DNA from: a virus
Length of the DNA stretch: 64,000 bases
Strand: one strand, 5' to 3'
IMG/VR virus record: IMGVR_UViG_3300044612_001159
Span: 1-64,000 of that record
This document shows positions 37,680-47,818 of this stretch, piece after piece. Both the position numbers and the translations under genes were made by a program. Position 1 is the stretch's first letter, and each line of letters begins with the position of its first letter. Under the pieces are notes generated by a model. The model was not told where the DNA came from. It saw nothing but the letters and a program-made list of their open reading frames with translations, and did not search any database.

Positions 37680-38006
37680 ATGGCAAAAATAGATATGGAT
37701 AAACTAGAACTAATCGGCAGTTTCGGTGTCGACAGTGGACAAGCAATGGTAGGTGACCCCTGCTATCTTGATGAGTGGAAAACTAATCGTGATGAGGAGT
37801 GGGACTTGGCAGGCAAGATAGGCCAATACTCCTATCAAGGTGCTAGTGCCACCACTATTGATAGTTCTGCTGGAGTATTAGGCAACGGTAGGTCAGTAGT
37901 ATTCAACACAGGCTACGGCGACGGCGTCTACCCTGTTTATGCTGAATTCAATGATGACGGCAGAGTTGCTCGTATTGTTATTGAATTTGTTAGTGATGAG
38001 GAGTAA
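37680..38006 (+). CDS. DUF4241-like protein
   Basis: VDSGQ...DPCY, TGYGDG.YPVY. Confidence 0.6.
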   Translation: MAKIDMDKLELIGSFGVDSGQAMVGDPCYLDEWKTNRDEEWDLAGKIGQYSYQGASATTIDSSAGVLGNGRSVVFNTGYGDGVYPVYAEFNDDGRVARIVIEFVSDEE

Positions 38007-38101
38007 TTAATGGAAATCATTCTAGTAGTACTATTTGTAATCTGGTGCCTAGGTGCACTATCAGGTGGCCTAACTGGATACACAGGAGAGGTAAAGAAAT
38101 A

Positions 38102-38461
38102 ATGGGAGCCCGCTGTAATTTCGTTTTTAAACAATCAGAGGACCTAGCAGTTACGTTGTACAGCCACTGGGACGAAGACCATATGCATGAACTCCTGGCA
38201 GCAGCCCTGCAGCATGCAATGCCACGCATTCAAATGGGTGACACAGCCTATGCGACTCGTATGGCCATTAGTTACATCATCAAGGATTCCATTCTGGATG
38301 AGACAGGTTATGGTATTACAGCCATGGACCCCTCAGACCAGGGATTCTTGGACCATCCAATCACAATTGATTTAACTGATATGACAGTAGGCAGCGGTGA
38401 AGACTGGCACAATATCGAGGACTTCATTCACTACCACACAGGTTTAATTGCGAAGGTCTAG
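38102..38461 (+). CDS. hypothetical phage protein (MG.R...LY.HW family)
   Basis: Motif; GAGG RBS. Confidence 0.6.
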   Translation: MGARCNFVFKQSEDLAVTLYSHWDEDHMHELLAAALQHAMPRIQMGDTAYATRMAISYIIKDSILDETGYGITAMDPSDQGFLDHPITIDLTDMTVGSGEDWHNIEDFIHYHTGLIAKV

Positions 38462-38548
38462 GTTGGGTCACCTGGATCTTGGGTGGAGGGGGCAGCGTGG
38501 GGTTGCCCTTTCCACCAACTTTTGGTACAATGATAATGGAGGAGGACT

Positions 38549-38755
38549 ATGCGTATCAGACGAATACTAACTGAAGAAGAAAAAGTTGCTAAGAAGATTG
38601 GCAATGAGATTGCTGACCTCAGAGTAGACTTAGAACTAGTAGGTCAGTATATGGCACAGTCACAGCCTTATGTGGTGTATAATCGTTTACAGGTAATAGC
38701 AGAAGCAGCCAAGGAAACCAAGGAGGGCACCAACTATGCCAGAAACAACTTTTGA
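38549..38755 (+). CDS. hypothetical protein
   Basis: GGAGG RBS. Confidence 0.55.
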   Translation: MRIRRILTEEEKVAKKIGNEIADLRVDLELVGQYMAQSQPYVVYNRLQVIAEAAKETKEGTNYARNNF

Positions 38756-38999
38756 GAACAAGGCCCTTATATTGGGACAACTCTGGTTAAACTATAAATC
38801 AGATGATGAGTTAGCAGATTTCTTTGAGTACAACGACTTGGGGCTGCCGCTTGCCTTTGCATTTGCCGAGGGGATAATTAATAGTACTCCTACACTAGAG
38901 CAGTATATCAACGAGTCCTGGTTCTTATTGCTAGAGGGACTGGGTGTTGAGGATACAGGGTTTGAAGACATCACCGATCTTCTGGAGGAGGAGGCGTAA
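38736..38999 (+). CDS. acidic hypothetical protein
   Basis: YNDLGLPLA motif; GGAGG RBS. Confidence 0.6.
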   Translation: MPETTFENKALILGQLWLNYKSDDELADFFEYNDLGLPLAFAFAEGIINSTPTLEQYINESWFLLLEGLGVEDTGFEDITDLLEEEA

Positions 39000-39025
39000 A
39001 ATCGCCCGTGCCATACTTTTATCTG

Positions 39026-39700
39026 TTTGTCAAACCTTCAAACCTTATTACGAAAAGGCATTACGAACCCCTAAACCGTAGCCCCCACTGAAAGATTACG
39101 ATCCAAACCTTTATATCCCCAAACCTTATACCATGGATATCCTGGTTTGTCAAATAGGTGTATAATTGTATTATGCCAAGACACTTTGCAAACCTTTATA
39201 GCCAGAGATCTCATAGGCATGACTCTAAAAGAGATTACGATCAATTCACTGAAGACATGAATACTCTAACAGGTATGTTGTATTCTATTGTTACCCTTAA
39301 GGGTTTCTTTCCTTTCTTTAGATCCCCCGCCAAAAACGCAGATCTTGCGGGCGGGCCCGCTCCCTATCCTACCCCGCTCGAAAATGCGGGGGATAAAGAG
39401 TAACCAAACTACCCCCTATAGAATAACAAACCTTTTCTCCTGGTTTCCTATATATTTTATAAAGTTTTGTTAAAAAACATTACGATATTGGCAAATTTTC
39501 CCCTGGTTTTGGTAGATTTTTATGGGCAATTTCATGCATATAAGACACTTGACAAACCACTATTTTGCATGTATAATGCCCAAACCTTATATCAGGATAT
39601 GATGGTTTGACAATATCGGGCATATGTGGTACAAAGGTTTGAAGGTTTGGGATATGAAGGTTTTTCGATTTGACATTACGAACGCCATATGGTAAAGGGT
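39026..39700. repeat. mostly non-coding repeat array (ATTACGA, AAACCTT, 16-bp inverted repeat); candidate origin or terminal-repeat boundary
   Basis: CAAACCTTCAAACCTT at 39031-39046 is the exact reverse complement of 39634-39649; six ATTACGA copies. Confidence 0.55.
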
Positions 39701-39770
39701 TCCCTACTCCACTATCCTCCACAATCCTCCACTTTAACCCTATCTAATAATATCATCAGTAACATTTTTC

Positions 39771-39791
39771 TGTGGATAAACCTGTGGATAA
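39771..39791. promoter_or_regulatory. tandem DnaA box pair
   Basis: TGTGGATAA-acc-TGTGGATAA. Confidence 0.75.
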
Positions 39792-39830
39792 CATACTTGA
39801 CAAACCATCCAAACCAGATATAATTGATAT

Positions 39831-40274
39831 ATGAACAAACCATTCAGTCCTAAACTATACGCCGATAACGATGATGCCAAGATACTTGTAATAGATTATC
39901 TAGAGGCTAATGGATTTTCGGCGGGGATCAATTCAGATGACTACGGCATAGACCTATTGGCCAAACACCTTAAAACCAACAAAGACTATGAACTTGAAGT
40001 TGAGGTTAAGCATAACTGGAAAGGCCATATGTTCCAATATAAAACCTTACACTTTCCTGGCCGTAAACTTAAATTTGTCAAGGATTCCGACCAAACCGTA
40101 TTCTTCATTCTAAACCATGAGAGAACCCATGCCTATTGGGTAAAAGGCAGTGTATTGGCCAAATGCCCTATAGTGGTAAAGGACACCATCTATACCAGAA
40201 ATGAAAGGTTTATAGAGGTGGCCATAGATAACTGCCATCTCCTAGACCTTAGCAAACCCCTATCCCTGATATAG
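39831..40274 (+). CDS. PD-(D/E)XK nuclease-like protein
   Basis: YGIDL...ELEVEVKH. Confidence 0.55.
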   Translation: MNKPFSPKLYADNDDAKILVIDYLEANGFSAGINSDDYGIDLLAKHLKTNKDYELEVEVKHNWKGHMFQYKTLHFPGRKLKFVKDSDQTVFFILNHERTHAYWVKGSVLAKCPIVVKDTIYTRNERFIEVAIDNCHLLDLSKPLSLI

Positions 40275-40373
40275 GCACTATAGACGATACTAACCGATAG
40301 TGCTCTTATAGAGCATATGAAAGTTTGTTATTCTATTTTCCGCCGAACTTTACATACCGCCGAAATTTGAACC

Positions 40374-40394
40374 TGTGGATAAACCTGTGGATAA
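40374..40394. promoter_or_regulatory. tandem DnaA box pair
   Basis: TGTGGATAA-acc-TGTGGATAA. Confidence 0.75.
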
Positions 40395-40680
40395 CTATGA
40401 TACAATGGGATTATTATGATTAGAATACTATGCTACAAGTGCGGAGTCGTATTTGAAAAAGATTACGATACCAAGACTTTATGCCCGAACTGCGAAGATA
40501 AACTATTCGAGCAACAATCCTCTTTTGAAGAATAATACAGTGCTATAATATTTTTGTATATGGATCAAGAAATGCTAGACAAGATAGCCAAGATCATATC
40601 TCCCTATCTTAAGACAAAGCACAAAGAAAAAGAGTCTCACGACTTGGCAAAACGAATATTTGAGGAGTTGAAAGAAAATT

Positions 40681-41235
40681 ATGACAACATTAGAAGTTTT
40701 CAATGAATCTCCATACAAACTTGTAAAAAACTATTTTAAGATAAATACAGATTGGGAGACAGCGCTTACTCTTTTGTATAAAAATTCTGACAAATCTCAG
40801 CATAGTCCTGGCGTTCTGTGGTTTAAGATTAAAAACCGTAAAATATTTAAAGAAATACCAGACCTAAAAACTTTTTGTGAAAATATAAATAAAGATTCTA
40901 ACTCAGAGTTTTTTGAAAATTGTTCGTTCAATGACGATTGGTATTCAGGATATTGTGATTGCTCTGGTTTATGGCATCTAGATGGACCTGTTTTATCTTT
41001 AGACTATCAAGGCATGCAATCTCACAAAGATGTATTCGATACAGCATATATTCAAATTTTGGGAAATTCTTTTTGGACACTTGGAGGAGAAATAGAGGTA
41101 ACACTAAACCCAGGAGATCTTCTATATGTATCTAAAAAAATAACTCACGCAGTAAAAGGCGAAGGACCAAGATTTGGTGCGCTAATTGTTGCCCCCAGAT
41201 ATAAGGGCAGTACAAACCTCAAAAACTCCATGTGA
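40681..41235 (+). CDS. cupin/JmjC-like protein
   Basis: H.D, QILG...W, L.PGDLLYV....H. Confidence 0.65.
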   Translation: MTTLEVFNESPYKLVKNYFKINTDWETALTLLYKNSDKSQHSPGVLWFKIKNRKIFKEIPDLKTFCENINKDSNSEFFENCSFNDDWYSGYCDCSGLWHLDGPVLSLDYQGMQSHKDVFDTAYIQILGNSFWTLGGEIEVTLNPGDLLYVSKKITHAVKGEGPRFGALIVAPRYKGSTNLKNSM

Positions 41236-41561
41236 CACAAAATGACCGCAAGGGCACGGCTCTGTTTTGCATGTGCAATCTTCTGGTTTAGGCAAATACT
41301 GTTTGTCGTTAGCAGTTTCAATAACATTGCAAGGCTTATTTGATTGATGTGCAACATATTCACCGCATGGACAAAACCCTATTTTACCCCATTGGCCTGT
41401 ATGACCACCACCACCAACCTGAACTACCTGACCATCATCACCAACATTGGCACTTCCAGAACATGTTCTAATATCTGTGCTATATTGCTGATTGGGGTGC
41501 TTATTTCGTTTCATAATCATAGTCTACCATACAGACCAAATGATGGTATAATTAAATCAAC

Positions 41562-42143
41562 ATGGAAAATTTCAACAAAATCTACTTAGAAGAAAATATC
41601 TTTTACATAGAAAATTTTATATCAGATACTGACATAGAAGAGGTTCTTGCTAATGTCGGATCTTGGACTCTCAGAAGACAAGATCATCATGAAAAGATAT
41701 CATTTTCTATATTTGAGTCAGAAGAGGCGATTAATAAATTTAAAAAACTCGTCGAGGATAAAGTTTCTATTGTAACAAACAATAAAGATCAAAAACTAAG
41801 AAAGATATCCATGTTGCAAAAATATAGCCCTACCGACTCATCTCCATTGGCTTTAGGGTATCACTACGAAAACCACCCAGAATGTGATTACGAATCTAGA
41901 TGGATCACCCTTGGTGTTGTACTATACCTAAATGATGGATACGCAGGTGGAGAGTTAATATTTGAACACAAACCTATTGAGTTTGCCCCTAAGAAGGGAA
42001 CACTAATAGTGTTTCCAGCAAGTGAAGAATATAGTCATGCTGTAAAACAGGTCACAGGCAAGGATCGTATTGTATATTCTGCATTCGTATATGCTAAACA
42101 ATATTGGGACATATTAAATAGAGCAGGGTTTACTGACTTTTAA
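41562..42143 (+). CDS. 2OG-Fe(II) oxygenase
   Basis: HYE, YLND.Y.GGEL.F, H.V..V.G..R. Confidence 0.8.
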   Translation: MENFNKIYLEENIFYIENFISDTDIEEVLANVGSWTLRRQDHHEKISFSIFESEEAINKFKKLVEDKVSIVTNNKDQKLRKISMLQKYSPTDSSPLALGYHYENHPECDYESRWITLGVVLYLNDGYAGGELIFEHKPIEFAPKKGTLIVFPASEEYSHAVKQVTGKDRIVYSAFVYAKQYWDILNRAGFTDF

Positions 42144-42684
42144 TAGCATTATCAAGAAACATCTGCAAAGTAACTCTTAGGTTATTACCTAAAACTGGGG
42201 TTGTATAGTGCAATTCAAACTTATCGTTGTAGACCAATAGCCCACGCTTAGGGGTTATTATGTTCCACTCTTGAGTCTGTTCATCCTTGTAGTGAAACAT
42301 ACCACCGTTATTAATACTCCACTCTTGGTTAAGATATACTGTTATTGGCTTTCTGCTATCTCCTACTTTGCCATCCTTATGAGGAGGTATATAGGATCCA
42401 GGGGTAAATAGGGTTACCTGTGCACCCACAGCATCACCTTTCTTTATAATTCCAAGGTCAATCAACTCATCTGATATTAAATCACACAACAAATCAGGGA
42501 CTATGTAGAGTATGGCTATGTGACTGTGCTCTCTTACATTTTCAGGCCAAGACATATTCGTAGTGGTTACAACTGGATTGGGGTATCCAAACTTAGATAT
42601 TTCTGAGGCATTATAGTAACTCATAGCAAAATTGTATAGTTCCTCACACAGGCTATCGCTAAGGCCTTTATCGTATATCTTCAC
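42130..42684 (-). CDS. 2OG-Fe(II) oxygenase
   Basis: HKD, YLN..W...GG, H..TPV...R. Confidence 0.8.
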   Translation of the reverse strand: MKIYDKGLSDSLCEELYNFAMSYYNASEISKFGYPNPVVTTTNMSWPENVREHSHIAILYIVPDLLCDLISDELIDLGIIKKGDAVGAQVTLFTPGSYIPPHKDGKVGDSRKPITVYLNQEWSINNGGMFHYKDEQTQEWNIITPKRGLLVYNDKFELHYTTPVLGNNLRVTLQMFLDNAIKSQ

Positions 42685-42687
42685 GCC

Positions 42688-43002
42688 TTATTGTACCATT
42701 TTGATCGCTTTATTAATCATGCGTATCAAACCTCGTCTGGTTATCTTTGAGGCATCAAAGGTCTCTGTATAGCCTCCCTGTGGCATATATTCCTTGTCTA
42801 GGAAAGAACCATGTTTTTCCCTTAGTGTTCTTAGTACTAGTGTTTCTACGGCTCTTGCCTTATCCCGTTCGGAAAACCACCAATACTTAATCAATACCCA
42901 ACCCTTAGTCCTATGGCTTGCAAACCTTCTTCCGCTTACATCTGATATACCTATCTTGACAGCCTTATATACAGGGCTATAAAGTATATAAAGTAAAGTC
43001 AT
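42688..43002 (-). CDS. GIY-YIG/T5orf172-like nuclease
   Basis: LYIL...KIGIS...R...H ... E. Confidence 0.55.
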   Translation of the reverse strand: MTLLYILYSPVYKAVKIGISDVSGRRFASHRTKGWVLIKYWWFSERDKARAVETLVLRTLREKHGSFLDKEYMPQGGYTETFDASKITRRGLIRMINKAIKMVQ

Positions 43003-43029
43003 GTCTTTATTATACCCCGTCGAAAATGA

Positions 43030-43659
43030 CTATTTAAAAAGCACTTCTCTTGTTGAGTCTTTGGTAAACCACATGGGGATAGTATATCTGTCTTCGTTTG
43101 TAATATTTATTTGATGAACCATATCAACATTGTGCGATGGAAAAATTACTAAATTCCCTAAACTTGGCTTGATTGACAAATTCATAGTTGGAAAATAAAG
43201 TTCTCCACCATCATTTACTGTATTTAAATATAAAATAGAACTATAAGCAAAATGTTGTTGATACCCACTTCCCACATCAGAATGAACCCTTAGCCAATCA
43301 CCCTTTAAATGTTTAGCCAACCACAAAGAGGTCAGATACTGGGTCTCTTTTTCCTCATATAATTCTTTTATATTTGTTTTTGCTTTTTCAACTATACTTT
43401 TGATTAAATCCTCTATGTCTTCAAGCCTTGTTATAAATTTTTCTGGTTTATACGTTTTCATTTCGTCGTCTTGTCCAAACCTTCTTTTATAAAATCTATT
43501 TTCAAGATAAACAAAGTTTGGACTTGATCCATCGCTCATCCAAGGTTCGGCATTAATAATATTACGATTTATATAATTAATTATTTTATTTGATTCTTCC
43601 GTGTTTATAAAATTTTCAACGATTTTTACTTTTTCTTCTGGATCTTGAAATGCTGTCAT
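43030..43659 (-). CDS. 2OG-Fe(II) oxygenase
   Basis: HSD, YLN...GGELYFP, H...RY. Confidence 0.85.
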   Translation of the reverse strand: MTAFQDPEEKVKIVENFINTEESNKIINYINRNIINAEPWMSDGSSPNFVYLENRFYKRRFGQDDEMKTYKPEKFITRLEDIEDLIKSIVEKAKTNIKELYEEKETQYLTSLWLAKHLKGDWLRVHSDVGSGYQQHFAYSSILYLNTVNDGGELYFPTMNLSIKPSLGNLVIFPSHNVDMVHQINITNEDRYTIPMWFTKDSTREVLFK

Positions 43660-43818
43660 TTATCTATTGTATCATAGGGTATAATTAATATATGAATGAA
43701 CAAAAAATAAAACAAAGCGTTAGGGCTTTAACAGTCCTATTTGGAATATTTATTGCCGTAACCATAATTGCAGCCATATTTGCTTGACATATAGCCATAA
43801 ACCTGTCATACTAGTAGT

Positions 43819-44334
43819 ATGCAAACATTTCTACCATCTCAAGACTTTACCCAGTCTGCCCAAATACTAGACTCAAAGCGCCTTAACAAACAAATATTAG
43901 AGTGCTACCAGATTCTCAATGTTCTATCTGGCAAGTCGCCTACAGGTGGATGGCGTAATCATCCAGCAGTATTGATGTGGCGTGGCTTTGAGCGAGGTCT
44001 ATGGGCGTATGTGCAGGCTATGATTGTGGAAGCCAAGTATCGTGGTATCAAGACAGAAAACAATGAGACAAACCTGAACAGACTTAAAGACCAGTGTTGG
44101 GATGATTGGGGTAGCGATGCTCCAGCATTTTGGTTTGACAACAACAAATTGTCTAGGGTTACTACTACACACAAGGTAAGTTTGTTTAACAAAGATCCTT
44201 TGTATTATGCAAGGTTTCAGCCACATGTTAATAGTTTCTTTAACTCCCCTTGCTGTCCTGAGCGTAAGTTGCCGTGTAAGTATTATTGGCCAACACACGA
44301 AAAAGTAACCGATAGTGCCCTTGTAGGGAATTGA
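43819..44334 (+). CDS. MSMEG_6728 / pyrimidine-dimer DNA glycosylase (DenV-like) family
   Basis: MQTFLP, LD.KRL.KQ..E..QIL, GW.NHPAV.MW.G. Confidence 0.8.
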   Translation: MQTFLPSQDFTQSAQILDSKRLNKQILECYQILNVLSGKSPTGGWRNHPAVLMWRGFERGLWAYVQAMIVEAKYRGIKTENNETNLNRLKDQCWDDWGSDAPAFWFDNNKLSRVTTTHKVSLFNKDPLYYARFQPHVNSFFNSPCCPERKLPCKYYWPTHEKVTDSALVGN

Positions 44335-44533
44335 TAAGTTTTTTTTATTTTCCGCCAAAATTTAAAACATGATATAATCTAGATATGGAAAAATCAAGGT
44401 GTCATTTTTGCGATAAAGAAGCACAATACTACGATGTTGTGCTAAAAAACGCCGAATACATTGTGGGCGATGTTTGCGTAGATCACCTTTCCGTAGAATT
44501 TGTATCCTAGAAACTGGATGGTATAATAAAAAA

Positions 44534-45304
44534 ATGACATATAGTGCTGAAGACTACAAAGAAAGAAATGTAACTAAACTGGTAGAGATTTGGGAGCCAA
44601 GAAAAGAATACATTGAAAAAGACCTGTGGGTAATAAGAAACTTTCTTTCAGATGAAGAATTGGTTTGGTTAAATAAAGAAGCAAATAATCCAGTTGGGTG
44701 GTACACCACAATGAGATCACCTTATGGGGGTAATACTAAAAACAAATTTTTAGGTTATATACCAGATTACGATCCCGTCAGTGGGGCTATGCTTGTTCCT
44801 AAAGACAACTCTAGGTGGGGATACAAAGATCCCGTAGGATATTTTGAGCCTAGATTAGAGGCTGTAATGCCTAAGTATTTTGCTGGTGCTGGTGCACTTC
44901 AATCTTTTTTTGAAGTTCCTGAAGAGCAGATTATTGCAGAACTTGGCAGTACTGTTGACTATGCTATGGACTGGCACTGGGAAAGAGACGATAATGACGA
45001 TGAAGAGCAGCAAAGAACAATTGTAGTAAATTCAAAAACTCAAGGGAAAAGAATATTAAGTGAAGCAAAGATTTCTGCATCTTTGAGCATTTATATAAAT
45101 GATAACTTTGATGGTGGAGTTCTTGAGTTTAAGAATAAAGATTATGTAATCAATCCAGAGCCAGGCATGCTAGTTAATGTTCCTTTATATAAAGAGTTTG
45201 AGCATAGAGTTACAAAAGTTACTAATGGAAATCGACACACTATATATGGAAGATGTTGGGATAGTTTAGAAGGAATCTACAAGTCAACAGATGAAGACTG
45301 CTAA
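44534..45304 (+). CDS. 2OG-Fe(II) oxygenase, W.TMRSPY subfamily ending in DC
   Basis: HWE, YIND.F.GG.LEF, HRVTKV..G.RHT. Confidence 0.8.
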   Translation: MTYSAEDYKERNVTKLVEIWEPRKEYIEKDLWVIRNFLSDEELVWLNKEANNPVGWYTTMRSPYGGNTKNKFLGYIPDYDPVSGAMLVPKDNSRWGYKDPVGYFEPRLEAVMPKYFAGAGALQSFFEVPEEQIIAELGSTVDYAMDWHWERDDNDDEEQQRTIVVNSKTQGKRILSEAKISASLSIYINDNFDGGVLEFKNKDYVINPEPGMLVNVPLYKEFEHRVTKVTNGNRHTIYGRCWDSLEGIYKSTDEDC

Positions 45305-45535
45305 ATGAATAAAAGAATATTAAAAGATGGATCAGAAGTAGATTCATATGATAAGCCAGTTGATTTAATTATTCATACAAAAGCACCTGGAAAATGGAAA
45401 TTAATAGATTTAGAAACTGGTCAAGAATATCTTGGATCAGAAATACCGCATGGTACATTTTCAGAAGTTTTAAGAAACAAAGTTTTAAATGGTATCATCG
45501 GCTCTTGGTTCAAAACCAAGGGTAGAGATATTTGA
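45305..45535 (+). CDS. hypothetical protein
   Basis: TK.P.KW.L.D.ETG.EY.G. Confidence 0.55.
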   Translation: MNKRILKDGSEVDSYDKPVDLIIHTKAPGKWKLIDLETGQEYLGSEIPHGTFSEVLRNKVLNGIIGSWFKTKGRDI

Positions 45536-45566
45536 CAAACCAATCACAGTAAGGTATACTTAAAAT

Positions 45567-45818
45567 ATGGAACAATGGGTAAACGACTACGCATCATATG
45601 TGCTTGTTTTAAGCGGTGCTGCTGCTATGTTTGTAATTGGCAGAAAGAAAAGATTTGGCTGGCTTTGGTTTATATTTAATGAATTTATGTGGACTGCATA
45701 TGCTCTAATTACAAAGCAGTATGGGTTTATACTTGGTGCTATCCTGTATGGTGTAGTGGGAGTTAAGTCTTTCATTCATTGGAAAGAAAAAGATAAAACA
45801 GAAAGGTTAATGCATTAA
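45567..45818 (+). CDS. small 3-TM membrane protein (PnuC-half-like)
   Basis: Hydrophobic helices, GW, W..Y. Confidence 0.5.
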   Translation: MEQWVNDYASYVLVLSGAAAMFVIGRKKRFGWLWFIFNEFMWTAYALITKQYGFILGAILYGVVGVKSFIHWKEKDKTERLMH

Positions 45819-45914
45819 TTATGATTAGTTTATTTTTTTTAATTCCAGCATTTGTTGCTGGATATATAGTTTGTTACCTAGTTATGACCTGGGGAGTTGA
45901 TCAAAACTAAGTTT

Positions 45915-46556
45915 TTAAGAAAGGCTATTTCTAAATTCACAAATATTTTTAAAAACTTCATCATTTGGCCATAATTTTTGTAAATCAGAATAGTCAGTCG
46001 GATTTTCTTTTTTTGCAAATCTAAAAAAAATCATTTTTACAAAATCTCCATCATTAAATATTTTGTTGGGTCGCCAGTGTGCAGTTTTATTTGGATTAAA
46101 AACTAGGGCAGAGTTGTTTTTAATTTCATAAGTTTCAAAATTTACACCAATATCCCATCTTGTGTTTGAGTCAAATTGATAGTTAACTATTAAGTCGTTA
46201 TTGTCACCATCATAATGCGGAGGCAGACTTGGTGTTCCATACCTAGAACTATATTCTACATATGTGATAGAGGATAGCGTTAGATCAAGGCCAGAGATAT
46301 AGTTTGCAAGTTTTGTCAATCTTATAGTGAGTGATTTGTCCGCAAGTTCTAAGTTTTTAACAGGAAATAAATCTGAAATATTATTGATATTAAATTGTAT
46401 TCTTCCGAGATACTTTGAAACAGAAATATATGAATCTTGATCATCAAATATAAAATTTCCATATTCGTCTTTTGGTGCTTCAAGATCTTTTGTTATATTA
46501 TTAAATATTGAAATTTCTTTTTCAGAAAGTAAATTATCAATAATTTTTGTATCCAT
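45915..46556 (-). CDS. 2OG-Fe(II) oxygenase-like protein
   Basis: LPPHYD, HWRP; paralogue of 47811. Confidence 0.65.
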   Translation of the reverse strand: MDTKIIDNLLSEKEISIFNNITKDLEAPKDEYGNFIFDDQDSYISVSKYLGRIQFNINNISDLFPVKNLELADKSLTIRLTKLANYISGLDLTLSSITYVEYSSRYGTPSLPPHYDGDNNDLIVNYQFDSNTRWDIGVNFETYEIKNNSALVFNPNKTAHWRPNKIFNDGDFVKMIFFRFAKKENPTDYSDLQKLWPNDEVFKNICEFRNSLS

Positions 46557-46715
46557 TCTGTAATTATATCATGCAGAATTTGACAAAACTGCTATTTTAC
46601 GATAAAATTATATTATGAGTAGACATATAACATGCCCAATTTGCAAAAAAGAGTGGGAACTAAGGTGGGGAATTATGGCAAATGAGTCCTTATCCAGACA
46701 TATGAAGGAGCATAA

Positions 46716-47165
46716 GTGAAACCACTAGCACACATATACGATGTTGACGGAACTCTTGCGAATGTAGATCCATTTTTACACCATGTTCGTGGTGGCAACA
46801 AAGATTACGATGCTTTTCACTATTCTTCCATTGATGCCCTGCCAAATTTTGATGTAATTGAAATGTTAAATAATTCTTATAATGATAAATATTCAGTCAT
46901 CATTGTTACATCAAGAAAAGAAAAGTATCGTGGAATCACATCTCTATGGTTGCAAAAAAACAATGTAAGAAGCCATGCCCTGTTTATGAGAGCGGACAAT
47001 GACAACAGACCAGACTATGAAGTTAAAAAAGACATACTAGATAAAATAAATGAACTATGGAACGTAACACATGCAGTTGATGATAACCCACATGTAATAA
47101 AACTATGGGAAGAAAATAATATCCCTACCACAAAAATAGGCACATGGGACGGAGATCGTAGTTGA
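46716..47165 (+). CDS. HAD-family phosphatase (PNKP 3'-phosphatase-like)
   Basis: DVDGTL, TSR, LFMR...D.RPD..VK, DD. Confidence 0.8.
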   Translation: MKPLAHIYDVDGTLANVDPFLHHVRGGNKDYDAFHYSSIDALPNFDVIEMLNNSYNDKYSVIIVTSRKEKYRGITSLWLQKNNVRSHALFMRADNDNRPDYEVKKDILDKINELWNVTHAVDDNPHVIKLWEENNIPTTKIGTWDGDRS

Positions 47166-47356
47166 CCTCAAGAGTTGGCTATGGTATGATTACTATATGA
47201 AAAAAACTAACAACAAAGTATCACAACATAAGGCAAAGCGTTACGCTAAAAATAAAAAGAGGCTTAAAGATAAACCACATCTTTCTAAGTTTGAGCGCCA
47301 ACAAATTGCAAAAAGGGCAGAAATTTTAGGCGCATCGTTGCAAAGCATGACTAACC

Positions 47357-47620
47357 ATGCTAGATAATATAATCAAACTTATATTTTCTTGGGAAAAACT
47401 TAGGCTTGCAGTTTTTGCTGAAGTAGATTGGTATAATTCAATTACCAGAACACTAAACGATCCAGACTCTATGAAAACTGCTTCCGCTTTTTGGTGTGAA
47501 GAAGATGGATGGCGTGGCTGGGGCATTAAAGATGATGGCTCATATTATTTTCACGATGTACCAGAAAAACACCTTAGTGATATATTTGATATAATAATAG
47601 ATAAAGAAACAGTATACTAA
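47357..47620 (+). CDS. hypothetical protein
   Basis: ORF. Confidence 0.45.
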   Translation: MLDNIIKLIFSWEKLRLAVFAEVDWYNSITRTLNDPDSMKTASAFWCEEDGWRGWGIKDDGSYYFHDVPEKHLSDIFDIIIDKETVY

Positions 47621-47632
47621 AGGAGATGCAGT

Positions 47633-47818
47633 ATGGCATGTGGATGTGGATTTTCAACTGAGTACCCAGCCTGTAACGGAACTCATAAAGTTGTAAAGGC
47701 TGTAAAAGATAAAATTATTGCTGACATTGAGGCAATCGATATATCTGATGGAAAGTTAAACGGCTTGGGCATGAAAATGCTTGTGATTGAAGCGGTTAAA
47801 AAGGTAAAGGGTGTATGA
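47633..47818 (+). CDS. CDGSH-type [2Fe-2S] protein
   Basis: CGCG.S..YP.CNGTH. Confidence 0.75.
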   Translation: MACGCGFSTEYPACNGTHKVVKAVKDKIIADIEAIDISDGKLNGLGMKMLVIEAVKKVKGV

